Source of the DNA: a virus
Strand: one strand, 5' to 3'
IMG/VR virus record: IMGVR_UViG_3300048824_000144
Coordinates: 1 to 60,309 of that record
Length of the DNA stretch: 60,309 bases
Below are positions 51,603 through 59,709 of this stretch, in pieces. Each line of letters begins with the position of its first letter. The stretch's first letter is position 1. The translations under genes were made by a program, and so were the position numbers. The notes under the pieces are model-generated. The model was not told where the DNA came from. It ran no database searches and worked only from the letters and a program-made list of their open reading frames with translations.

Positions 51603-51817
51603 CGCGCACTCCACAGAGATGCCCAAGGCGGGCTCTGCCATAGCCATGCCCAGGCTTCGTCGAAGGAATCAAACCAGTGGAACTTGACGCCGGCTTCATA
51701 GATCGGATTTTCAGCGGCGACGTACCAGATCCCGGGAGCGCGGCGCCGCAGAAAGAATTTCACTCCGCCTCTCCGCGCAGCGCGCCCAGCGGCGTCATGG
51801 GTCCACCATGGCCTCAC
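51599..51817 (-). CDS. Trp-rich hypothetical protein
   Basis: GTG start overlapping the upstream stop; FHWFDSFDEAWAWLW. Confidence 0.45.
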   Translation of the reverse strand: MRPWWTHDAAGRAARRGGVKFFLRRRAPGIWYVAAENPIYEAGVKFHWFDSFDEAWAWLWQSPPWASLWSAR

Positions 51818-52059
51818 GCTGCCTCTCCCAACTGCAGAACGCCCAGCGGCATCGTGGCCTGGCGTCCGGCGCCTTCATCCCACACTTCGATCAGGTCGCA
51901 GGCCGTTATCTTGCCACAGCCGCCGCAACCAATCCTCCCCGGCCCGATCGTGTTGGGATCCACCAGATACATTTTGCCCAGCGGCGCGCTTTCCTCGAGC
52001 ACCGGGTAGCCGCATTCGCAGATGCCCCGCCGCACGCACTTGGCCCACACCCCACTCAT
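51814..52059 (-). CDS. Cys-rich hypothetical protein
   Basis: 81 aa from ATG 52059; CECG...CGGCG. Confidence 0.6.
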   Translation of the reverse strand: MSGVWAKCVRRGICECGYPVLEESAPLGKMYLVDPNTIGPGRIGCGGCGKITACDLIEVWDEGAGRQATMPLGVLQLGEAA

Positions 52060-52262
52060 GGCACCGTACCCTTCGGCGAAGCGCCGCCTTCCAGTTCTTT
52101 GAGGTACGCCGGCACCGCCCACCGCACCGAGGGGTGAAATATCGCGTCGATCAGATCCGGCACCAGAACGTCGGCGTCGGTAATCGTCACGCCGGTCAGG
52201 TCGGCCCGCCGGCTCAGGCCGGTGATGATGGAATGTTCGAGCGTAGCTCTCGCGTCGGTCAT
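52056..52262 (-). CDS. hypothetical protein, first gene of the RtcB/tRNA operon
   Basis: 68 aa; GGGAGG RBS. Confidence 0.6.
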   Translation of the reverse strand: MTDARATLEHSIITGLSRRADLTGVTITDADVLVPDLIDAIFHPSVRWAVPAYLKELEGGASPKGTVP

Positions 52263-52279
52263 GGGAAAAGCCTCCCAGC

Positions 52280-52306
52280 AAAAAAGCCTCCCGCCTGGGC
52301 GGGAGG
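52280..52306 (-). terminator. rho-independent terminator between leader repeat B and the operon
   Basis: the minus strand reads CCTCCCGC-CCA-GCGGGAGG followed by CTTTTTT. Confidence 0.65.
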
Positions 52307-52487
52307 AGTGGTTTTAAGGGGGTATGCGGGGCCGTAAAGGGGCCTAGCAGCTCGATGGAGGGGCTTGGTGGGATTGGGGAGCCACCCGCTGGCTTTCGTC
52401 AGGGCGGGGTTGGGTTCGATTGTCGTTCGCGAACCGGGCCCGGCTCTGGCACCCATTCCGCCCACGAACCGCGCCCGATTCGCCGGT

Positions 52488-52585
52488 GTGCATCGGATTC
52501 TCAATCAGATGCCCCCGCCAAACCCACCCCTAAGTGATTGAATGCACAGCCCCGGCAACCGGCCTCTGGCGGTTCTATGGCTGTT
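52488..52585 (-). repeat. leader repeat B (paralogue of 9437-9534)
   Basis: see 9437-9534; exact 24-mer at 52562-52585. Confidence 0.8.
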
Positions 52586-52616
52586 CTGGAGGCCATTTTT
52601 CGGCCGCTCGAAGGTT

Positions 52617-53198
52617 TCATTGAAGCCTCCCCGCTGGCCCGGACTCGAAAAGCGGAAGCCGGCGTTCCAGGCGCTTAGGCTTAATCGGCGGAACAGCGAC
52701 CTCCGAAATCCTTCCGCCTGTCAATCTCGTGGCCACCGCAGACATTCCGCCATTCTGGCAGGCCTGGAGTTCGGGGTGCCTCTCGATATGGATCCGCAGA
52801 AGGTCATCCTCAAAAGTCCCCTTAATGTAGTTGTGAAAAGGGCAGCAAGGCTGGGAGTTCCCGTGGTAGCCGCGCCCGCTATCTATCCTGTCCACCCCGA
52901 CAAGAATCTCCGGGCGGCAACCGCCGCCGAACACGCATGGCAGCCAGATGATCGTGTGAAATTCCGCCCGCGGCAACGGTTCCAGTCCGCGCCCCACGGC
53001 GTTATGCACGTGCCGGGAGTAAGAGCCGAACTTCGCAGTCCATTTGGCGTCACGGGCGGTCGAGCATGCTCCGCAGCCGGATGCCAACCCGTCCTTGCGG
53101 GACCTGTTCTTGGAGAAGTCCTCAATCGGCAGATAGAACTTGCAGACAGAGCACCATCTGAGGCCGGGAGGATCGCTGCCGTAGTTGTGCCTGCTCAT
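52617..53198 (-). CDS. HNH-type endonuclease candidate
   Basis: 193 aa; CSVC...CGAC zinc motif and VDRIDSGRGYHGNSQPCCPFHNYIKG HNH-like core. Confidence 0.6.
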   Translation of the reverse strand: MSRHNYGSDPPGLRWCSVCKFYLPIEDFSKNRSRKDGLASGCGACSTARDAKWTAKFGSYSRHVHNAVGRGLEPLPRAEFHTIIWLPCVFGGGCRPEILVGVDRIDSGRGYHGNSQPCCPFHNYIKGTFEDDLLRIHIERHPELQACQNGGMSAVATRLTGGRISEVAVPPIKPKRLERRLPLFESGPAGRLQ

Positions 53199-53209
53199 GC
53201 GCTTCCTGC

Positions 53210-54589
53210 CTACGAACCTGGGGTCAGCGGCAACCTCGCCTGCCGCTCCAGCAGAGCTTCCTGGCGCCGGGCGGCCGCGGCTTTGTCGTGCAGGGACGCC
53301 GCTTTCCGGATGTCGCGTTCGTCCACGATGTTGTAGCGTTCGAAGACGGCGGCGGTCTTGTGGCCGCTGATCATCATCGCCGTTTTTTGCATCACCCCGT
53401 CCCGCACCATGTTCCGCACCCCGCTCCGGCGCAGGTCATGGAAGAGCAGCCGCGCACACCCTGCTGCCGCGGTCGCCTTGGCCCACGCCCTGCGGAAATC
53501 CTTGACGGGGCGGCCGTTTGTTCGGGTAAAGAGACTGTCCTCCGGCGCTTTGCCCGCGATCGCGCCGCCCAGCAGTTCATAGACGGTCTTGGTCATCGCC
53601 ACGACGCGCGCGTCGTCGTTTTTGGTCTCGCCGGCATAGAGGACGATGGTGCGCTCCGCCATATCCACCTGGGCCACTCGCAGGCCCAGCAGCTCCCCAC
53701 TTCTCCAGCCGTAGGTGTAGCCCATCTCGAACAGCGTGCGCAGGTAGGGGCCGATGGCCGCCGTGGCGCGGACCAGCGCCGGATACTGCTCGTCCTGCAC
53801 AAACCCCTGGCGGACGTTGCGCTCCTTGAGCATCGAGAAGTAGGGCTGTTCGCCCATCTTCAGACGTCCGGTTTTGATGGCCAGCTTGTAGCAGCGTTTC
53901 AGGGCCGCGAGTTCCCGGTTCACGGTCGCGTTGCAGGCTTTTTCCTCCAGACGCCGGGCCACATACGCGTCGATCTGTTCCGCCGAAACGCTCGCGGCCG
54001 GCAGCGCCCCAAAGCTCGCTTCCAGATGCTTGCGCCAGCGGATTTTCAGGTCGTCGAGGCTCTTGCGCTGGTTGATCACATAGTCGCGTTCGAGCGACTC
54101 GTAAAGATCGCGAACGCAAAGCTGGGCTCCGGTTCGCCCGGCACCGCCGTCCCCGGCCTGGGCGCGGCGCTTTTCCTTTTCCAGATCGATCTCCCGCATC
54201 TTCCGGCGCAACACTTCCTGCGCTTCCTTCGGCTTTACGCAGCCCGTCGTCTGGCGCACGCGCCTGCCGTCGCGGTAGTACTGCATCCCCAGAAAGCGTG
54301 AGTCTTTCTGGGGATACAGACTGCCGGAGCCGCGCATGTGGGATTTGCGAGTGGGCATAGAGGGATGGGGCGGGGTGAGACGGAAAGGTTCTTTTTCTTC
54401 AAAACGGCTGGGAGAGGACGGGACTAGCCGGGCTATGGACGAGGCCGCTTCTACGAGGCGTCTGATCTTCTGCGCGTGGGCCGGATAAAGATCCGCCAGC
54501 CAACCTAGATCATCGGAAGGCTGAGGCTTGGGTCCGGGAACGCTCGCCTGCGGAACAACGAACAGCTTGGCAGCCGCAGAGCCGGTCAC
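53210..54589 (-). CDS. int: tyrosine recombinase / phage integrase (Int2)
   Basis: LLFHDLRRSG and GHKTAAVFERYNI catalytic motifs; GTG 54589 overlaps the upstream stop; alternative start at ATG 54358. Confidence 0.85.
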   Translation of the reverse strand: MTGSAAAKLFVVPQASVPGPKPQPSDDLGWLADLYPAHAQKIRRLVEAASSIARLVPSSPSRFEEKEPFRLTPPHPSMPTRKSHMRGSGSLYPQKDSRFLGMQYYRDGRRVRQTTGCVKPKEAQEVLRRKMREIDLEKEKRRAQAGDGGAGRTGAQLCVRDLYESLERDYVINQRKSLDDLKIRWRKHLEASFGALPAASVSAEQIDAYVARRLEEKACNATVNRELAALKRCYKLAIKTGRLKMGEQPYFSMLKERNVRQGFVQDEQYPALVRATAAIGPYLRTLFEMGYTYGWRSGELLGLRVAQVDMAERTIVLYAGETKNDDARVVAMTKTVYELLGGAIAGKAPEDSLFTRTNGRPVKDFRRAWAKATAAAGCARLLFHDLRRSGVRNMVRDGVMQKTAMMISGHKTAAVFERYNIVDERDIRKAASLHDKAAAARRQEALLERQARLPLTPGS

Positions 54590-55209
54590 TCCCGCACCTC
54601 ACCGGCACTGCGGGCGGGGAATAGCGAAAGCGGCTTTTCGGCTGGCCGCTGGGATCGCGCTGGCATCCTCGGCGCGGGCTTGGTCTTCTCGTCCACCACC
54701 AGAGGCACCGAGCTTTCCAACAGATAGGCGATAACGCGCCCCCGGATCCTCTCCAGCGTTTCCCAAAACCCGAGGGCCCTGTTGCAGCGATCGCAGAGCC
54801 AGCCGCGCATAAGCCCCGTTTCGTGGTCGTGATCGAGCACGAGTTTGACATCCGGCCTAAGGCAGAGCGGGCAGCTTCCCACCCGCGTTTCTCCCGTCGC
54901 ATTTTTTACGCCGCGCCGCCGGCGCAGCGCGGCGCGCACTGCGGCGCGCACTTTCTCGGAATTGTTCTTTCTGTACTGCGCTGCCTTCTGCCTCGCTTTC
55001 TCGGGATTGTTCTTTCTCCATTTGCGCGCCCGCACCGCCGCCGCCGCCGCTTTCTCGGGATTGTTCTTTGCGGGAGCGCGCCTGCGTTGCCGCACCTTCT
55101 CAGGATTGCGCCTTCTGTAGCGGCGGTCCGCCGCTTTGTGGCTTTCTGAAGCGCCCCGCTTATGAGGGTGCGTCGAGATTCCGTTCCAAAAGGTTCCCTG
55201 CTCGCTCAT
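54586..55209 (-). CDS. endonuclease VII-type (recombination endonuclease) protein
   Basis: CPLCLRPDVKLVLDHDHETGLMRGWLCDRCNRALG; N-terminal (R/K)NNPEK repeats. Confidence 0.75.
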   Translation of the reverse strand: MSEQGTFWNGISTHPHKRGASESHKAADRRYRRRNPEKVRQRRRAPAKNNPEKAAAAAVRARKWRKNNPEKARQKAAQYRKNNSEKVRAAVRAALRRRRGVKNATGETRVGSCPLCLRPDVKLVLDHDHETGLMRGWLCDRCNRALGFWETLERIRGRVIAYLLESSVPLVVDEKTKPAPRMPARSQRPAEKPLSLFPARSAGEVRE

Positions 55210-55407
55210 GAAGGATCGAATCCTAATCCCGGATCGGGCTGTGCGGCAAGCTGGAAATTCTAAAAGCCAGCCGCCGGGTTGCACCGCCGTCAGCTCAATC
55301 CTCAAATTCACAAAGCCCTAGATAACGGCGCTTTCAAGGCGAGGGCCATATAAACCCACTACCCACCATCTGGAGCAGCGCGTCAGAGCGCACTTGGACC
55401 GCCGGAT

Positions 55408-55524
55408 TTACTTCGACACCCATGGTTGGAAAGTGATGCCGCGCTCAGCGATCTCGGCGTCGGCCAGCTTGTATTGCGCGTAGCAGGACGCCAGCAGTTC
55501 GGCCCGGCTTCGGCTGGCCCTTTC
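55408..55524 (-). other. coding-looking extension one frame off the stop of 55523-55786
   Basis: ERASRSRAELLASCYAQYKLADAEIAERGITFQPWVSK follows the A6 run at 55526-55531. Confidence 0.35.
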
Positions 55525-55786
55525 ATTTTTTGGCGCGCAGCCCTTCCTTCCCAGCGAGGAACAGTTCGCGGCGCGCCACGTTGAGCCAGTGTCCGGGCCG
55601 GCGGAGCGCGCACCATCTATCCCGCCAAGTGGCCCGCTCTACCAGCATGGCGAGAGTGGCCAGGTAGTCGGCTTCCAATTCTTCGCGGCTGATGCCCCGC
55701 AGGTGGCTAGGCGGGTAGATCAGCGTGCCGCCGCACGATCCTCCAAACCATCCGGGGCTGGGCGTTTTTGGTTTGAACTCATCCAT
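55523..55786 (-). CDS. hypothetical protein
   Basis: 87 aa. Confidence 0.6.
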   Translation of the reverse strand: MDEFKPKTPSPGWFGGSCGGTLIYPPSHLRGISREELEADYLATLAMLVERATWRDRWCALRRPGHWLNVARRELFLAGKEGLRAKK

Positions 55787-55833
55787 GGCCGCGATCCTAT
55801 CACGGAGGAAATGCCTGAGATTCGCGGGGTTGC

Positions 55834-55861
55834 TGAGAACTGAGAACTGGCAACTGAGAAC
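55834..55861. repeat. TGAGAAC heptamer repeats in the divergent promoter region
   Basis: tgagaac at 55834, 55841 and 55855. Confidence 0.5.
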
Positions 55862-55897
55862 TGATCTGTGCTACGTTGCCCCTCGGAGGTAGTAAAC

Positions 55898-56203
55898 ATG
55901 CCAGGTTCCATGACCAAGACTCAGCTCACCGCCCATCTTGCCGAATCGTTCGATCCACCCATGGCGAAGAAAACCGTCGCCACCTTCCTCGACGAGCTGG
56001 CCACACTCGCCATCAAAGAGACGAAGAAGAACGGCGTCTTCATTGTGCCCGGCATCGGCCGGTTGGTGAAGGCGCACCGCAAAGCCCGCATGGGCCGCAA
56101 CCCGCAGAGCGGAGAAGCCATCAAGATCGCGGCCAAAACCGTGGTCAAGTTCCGCGTGGCAAAGAATGTGAAGGACGCCATCAATCCGCCCAAAGCCGCC
56201 TAG
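55898..56203 (+). CDS. HU/IHF-family DNA-binding protein
   Basis: GRNPQSGEAIKIAAKTVVKFRVAKNVKDAI signature; GGAGG RBS before ATG 55898. Confidence 0.8.
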   Translation: MPGSMTKTQLTAHLAESFDPPMAKKTVATFLDELATLAIKETKKNGVFIVPGIGRLVKAHRKARMGRNPQSGEAIKIAAKTVVKFRVAKNVKDAINPPKAA

Positions 56204-56322
56204 CGCGGGTTAGACTTGAAGGCGTCCATTTGTTGGCGGGTGATTGTCGCTGTATTTTGCGCTCGGTTAGATCGTGGGCAAACGTTCAACAGCCGACTAT
56301 CAATTCGCGGCCTAAAGCAGAA

Positions 56323-56362
56323 GCGCCTCGGGAACAGTGACGCCCGCGGCGCTTTTGTGTTT
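56323..56362 (+). terminator. terminator hairpin after the HU gene
   Basis: GCGCCTCGGG-10 nt-CCCGCGGCGC followed by TTTTGTGTTT. Confidence 0.5.
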
Positions 56363-56377
56363 CCGTTGCCGAGCGAA

Positions 56378-56632
56378 TCATCCGCTGGCCGCCAGCAGGT
56401 TCACCGCATGCACGTTCTTCTGGTGGATCTGAAAGTCCAGCAAGGTGGGGAACAGCAAACGCTTCGCATCCTGCGCCTTGAAGCCACAGCGCGCAATGCA
56501 GAGCCGGCAGCCCCAGCCGTCGATGCCGTTGGTCACGGAGATGTGGGTCGGGTCGCGCCACTGGATCTGCGGGAAGCGCCGTTCCATCTCGGCATCGAAG
56601 AGGGCCACCGGTAGCTGGTTGGCTGCACTCAT
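56378..56632 (-). CDS. hypothetical protein
   Basis: 84 aa. Confidence 0.6.
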   Translation of the reverse strand: MSAANQLPVALFDAEMERRFPQIQWRDPTHISVTNGIDGWGCRLCIARCGFKAQDAKRLLFPTLLDFQIHQKNVHAVNLLAASG

Positions 56633-57135
56633 AGTTCAGCCTCGGAGCGTGGCTGGCAGCGCGGCTCAGACCATACGAGACATGCGGCGCCGCAGTATTC
56701 GCGGCGCACCAGCCGGAAGAACAGCCGCGTGAGCCACCAAGAGCAGAGCGGCGTGTGGTGAGGCAGACCTGCGCGCCACCCCTTCGGAGTAAACCAGCGA
56801 GCTTCCCAAGTGCAAATCATTTCCGCGACCTTGCCGACGTGGGCGCCGAAGAAAACCACGCGCCAGTCCTCGACGTCCAGCGCAACCTTCTGCCGGTTGC
56901 AGCGCAGGCAACACGGCACTTTGTGCTTGTGTCCGCCGCCGGTCGATTTCGGAATCCAGTGATCGAAGGTTGCCGTGTCCCACCAGAACTCGTTTGCCAG
57001 GCTGCTGTGGGGCGTGCCCGGTTTGCGCGAAAACCGGCTCAGCTTCTTGTGCGCCAACTGCACGCCGCAGTAGAAACAATAACTGTGATAGACCCGCCTG
57101 CTGAACTGGCGCACAGTGTCGATCGCATCGCGCAT
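56629..57135 (-). CDS. HNH endonuclease
   Basis: CFYC...DHWIPKSTGGGHKHKVPCCLRCNRQK. Confidence 0.75.
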   Translation of the reverse strand: MRDAIDTVRQFSRRVYHSYCFYCGVQLAHKKLSRFSRKPGTPHSSLANEFWWDTATFDHWIPKSTGGGHKHKVPCCLRCNRQKVALDVEDWRVVFFGAHVGKVAEMICTWEARWFTPKGWRAGLPHHTPLCSWWLTRLFFRLVRREYCGAACLVWSEPRCQPRSEAEL

Positions 57136-57141
57136 CTCGCC

Positions 57142-57306
57142 TCATCTCCCATCTCCCCCAAGGCGACCGAGCGCCGGAATCAAAGCTAGCAAGCAGAGCA
57201 GCGCGGCAATTGCGATGACGCGCGAGGGAAGCTGGCAAATGGCGATCGCCACGCCCGCGCACAGCGCCGCGCGATAGATGCCGCGCCACAGGATCGTTAG
57301 CGTCAT
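57142..57306 (-). CDS. possible 54-aa membrane protein
   Basis: MTLTILWRGIYRAALCAGVAIAICQLPSRVIAIAALLCLLALIPAL; ATGA overlap at 57306. Confidence 0.45.
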   Translation of the reverse strand: MTLTILWRGIYRAALCAGVAIAICQLPSRVIAIAALLCLLALIPALGRLGGDGR

Positions 57307-57563
57307 TGCGGAGGCCCTCCTAGTTTGGGAAGCCCCTCAATCGTGGGCGCGCCCAGGAGCGAGCGCACTACGAGCCCTTGAGATTTGGCAGTCGCGGCCG
57401 CATGTTCGGCGGAATCGAAGTTCGACACCTGCACGTCGCCGGCGGGAAAGCCGTGCTTGTCGACGGGAACCCAGCGCGATCCGCTCCACGCCAGGTTTTC
57501 CTGTTCCGCGTTGACGATGATCCAGCGGTGGAAGGCGTTGAGCGCGAGTCGGCAGTTCATCAT
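57303..57563 (-). CDS. hypothetical protein
   Basis: 86 aa from ATG 57563. Confidence 0.6.
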   Translation of the reverse strand: MMNCRLALNAFHRWIIVNAEQENLAWSGSRWVPVDKHGFPAGDVQVSNFDSAEHAAATAKSQGLVVRSLLGAPTIEGLPKLGGPPQ

Positions 57564-57826
57564 CAGCTCCCCTTTTCGGTTTCGCGCAGGACCTCCGCGA
57601 ACACGAAGCGCACCAACCGGATGCGCTTGCCGTAGCGGGCGGCCTGAGCTTCGGCTTGCGGCCAATATTTTTCCATCTTCGCCCGGTCCACCGCCACCAT
57701 GGGCACGGTGCCAGCGGGAACGACCGCCTGTTTCAGTCCCAGCTTTTTGTCGCCGGGGTCAAGTTCGTTCTCGCCCACCCACGCGAACAGCTCAAGCACT
57801 TTTTTCCTCCGCTGTGCGGATGGCAT
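57563..57826 (-). CDS. hypothetical protein
   Basis: 87 aa. Confidence 0.6.
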   Translation of the reverse strand: MPSAQRRKKVLELFAWVGENELDPGDKKLGLKQAVVPAGTVPMVAVDRAKMEKYWPQAEAQAARYGKRIRLVRFVFAEVLRETEKGS

Positions 57827-58292
57827 CCTTCATCACGCGGAAACCGATATCGCTCAGGATCAGCAAGGCATACGGCGGGTTGCCGATTTTCACTTCGCCG
57901 CCGGCGACCAGGGCGCGGAAGTTTTCTTCGTCGAGGGCAACGCGTACCTGCTGGCGCACGAGCTGAGGGACGCGGCCCAGCAATGCCTTTTTGATCCGCT
58001 CCAAATCCGCCGGATCGCAGACGTGACTCGCCACGCTCTTGGGCGAGAGCAGAGCTTCGCAATGACCGCAGCGGGCCAAGCCAAACTCACGCGCCGAAGC
58101 GTCTCCCCGGATGCTGGCGCCCAGGCCTCCAGCCAGACGCGTGACGCACCCAATGTTCAGCAGCCGCCATTCCTCTTCCGGCACGCCATCGGCCAACTGC
58201 AGGAAGGTGGAGTAGACTTTCTCGGTTATTTCCTGCCGGCGGTGTTCCCGCAGCAACAGTTCGTCGACGTGATCGTTATCCTGTGCGCTCAT
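57792..58292 (-). CDS. hypothetical protein
   Basis: 166 aa from ATG 58292 (MSAQDNDHVDELLL...). Confidence 0.6.
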   Translation of the reverse strand: MSAQDNDHVDELLLREHRRQEITEKVYSTFLQLADGVPEEEWRLLNIGCVTRLAGGLGASIRGDASAREFGLARCGHCEALLSPKSVASHVCDPADLERIKKALLGRVPQLVRQQVRVALDEENFRALVAGGEVKIGNPPYALLILSDIGFRVMKDAIRTAEEKSA

Positions 58293-58414
58293 ACGGGATC
58301 GGAGTCTAGCACGATCCTTTTGCCGGCGGCTGGCTTTTTTTCTTCCCAAAAAAGAAAAGCGCCCGGATCGCCCTCGCGGGGCTCTCCGGGCTGGAGGGTT
58401 GTGGGGAAGGCAAA

Positions 58415-58681
58415 TTATGCCAGCAGCCGCTCCGAGGGCACGCGGAACTGAGCCGCGATTTCTGACGCCATGAAAGAGCGGCTTTCCAGAAACTCCGCGT
58501 CCGCCGGCAATATCGAGATCAAGCTGTAGGCTGTCCAGTCGCCGGTGCTGCCCAGATCGAGGCCGCCAGAAAACGCAGGCCGGATTTCCGTCGGGAAGCT
58601 GAATACCCGAAAGGGATAAGTCCGCGCGGCCGCAATGGCCAGTCCGCCCACCATCGCCCGCAGGAAGCCGCGCCGGTTCAT
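58415..58681 (-). CDS. small protein with twin-arginine-like signal
   Basis: MNRRGFLRAMVGGLAIAAA. Confidence 0.55.
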   Translation of the reverse strand: MNRRGFLRAMVGGLAIAAARTYPFRVFSFPTEIRPAFSGGLDLGSTGDWTAYSLISILPADAEFLESRSFMASEIAAQFRVPSERLLA

Positions 58682-59067
58682 GAGGAAGTGGAAAAGGTCC
58701 CGTGGCCGCCGCGCTTCTGCAGTTCGCTTATCCTCGCGACCGCCCGAGCGACAGTTCGGTCATCCATGGGCGGGACACTCAGTTCGATGTGCTCCGCCGC
58801 ATCGGAAGCTTCCAGCTCGAAGATATCCACGCCGGGATCGAGCACGATGGGTTTGTGGAGGCCGAGCGCCGCGAGCCGCTGCGCGATCGCCTGGCGCGAT
58901 TCCGGGCTAACGTGGTGCGGCATGCGGAACGCGTATTGCCGGTTGCGGCGAATCTCGATCGCTTCGGCCTGGGGCGCGATGGCCTTGAGCGCGTTCAGGC
59001 TAACGGCGGCGCCGCCGCCCAGACCAAGGAAGGAAAAGAATTTTCGGCGATCCATAATTTTCTCCAT
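58678..59067 (-). CDS. protein with twin-arginine-like signal
   Basis: MDRRKFFSFLGLGGGAAVSLNALKA. Confidence 0.6.
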   Translation of the reverse strand: MEKIMDRRKFFSFLGLGGGAAVSLNALKAIAPQAEAIEIRRNRQYAFRMPHHVSPESRQAIAQRLAALGLHKPIVLDPGVDIFELEASDAAEHIELSVPPMDDRTVARAVARISELQKRGGHGTFSTSS

Positions 59068-59318
59068 CAGACGCGCGACACTTTCATGTCGAGCAGTTCC
59101 AGCATATCGCCGGCGGGAACTTCCGGGAAGGATGCGCTCACCACGTCCATCTCCACGCCGCCCATGGTTTTGTTGAACCGCGCATCCACCAGCTTCGCAT
59201 CCCGCGGCAAGCCATTCCTCACCACATACGACGGCGCGACGTGGCGGCCTTCGCAGAACAGGTCCACCAGCACGTCGAGCGAAAAGATAACTCTCTTGGC
59301 TCTCGCGTTCCCGTTCAT
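59067..59318 (-). CDS. hypothetical protein
   Basis: 83 aa from ATG 59318 (ATGA overlap). Confidence 0.6.
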   Translation of the reverse strand: MNGNARAKRVIFSLDVLVDLFCEGRHVAPSYVVRNGLPRDAKLVDARFNKTMGGVEMDVVSASFPEVPAGDMLELLDMKVSRV

Positions 59319-59548
59319 TTTCCCGGCTCCGGGAAATCGATCACTGCCGCCGGTCCCACTGGCGGCGCGGCCGTTTTCTTCATGGCGTCGATCTCGCTTT
59401 TCATGGCGTCGATCAGGAAGTCCAGCTCGTGGCCATCGGCGAACAGATGGATCACGCGCGCTTCGAGTGCCGGTAGCGGTTCGCCGACGTGCCATTCGGT
59501 GACGATTCTAACTCCGCCCGCGCCGAATTCCTTGAAGACCAGGCTCAC
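59315..59548 (-). CDS. hypothetical protein
   Basis: 77 aa, GTG start. Confidence 0.55.
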   Translation of the reverse strand: MSLVFKEFGAGGVRIVTEWHVGEPLPALEARVIHLFADGHELDFLIDAMKSEIDAMKKTAAPPVGPAAVIDFPEPGK

Positions 59549-59709
59549 TCTTTTTTCTCCGCATCGAGCGCGGTCCGCAAACGGCCCGCCAGGGCCAGCA
59601 TGCTTTTCGGCTCCTCGCGCAGGCAGCGCTCGATATACTCCGCGTTATACACGGCAAAGATCCGGTCCACCAGCTCGCGCGCCAGTTGATGCACCGGGGG
59701 CTCGCTCAT
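59545..59709 (-). CDS. possible 54-aa protein
   Basis: MSEPPVHQLARELVDRIFAVYNAEYIERCLREEPKSMLALAGRLRTALDAEKKE; coupled at both ends. Confidence 0.5.
   Translation of the reverse strand: MSEPPVHQLARELVDRIFAVYNAEYIERCLREEPKSMLALAGRLRTALDAEKKE

Larger units (their letters stand above)
52280..52585 (-). ncRNA. candidate ~300-nt structured leader/ncRNA (repeat B to terminator)
   Basis: no coding-looking ORF on the minus strand; starts with the conserved 98-nt element, contains a tRNA-like acceptor/T-arm pairing (GGGGTGG...GGTTCG-11nt-CGAACC-CAACCCC) and ends at an intrinsic terminator. Confidence 0.35.

Noticed and set aside
52542-53336. 264-aa plus-strand ORF over the HNH-like gene and repeat B
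   Set aside because: Composition is not protein-like, and the minus-strand HNH-like gene carries recognisable motifs.
55383-55616. 77-aa minus-strand ORF downstream of 55523-55786
   Set aside because: The translation is Pro/Ser/Arg/Ala-rich. The neighbouring frame (55408-55524) looks more like real coding sequence.
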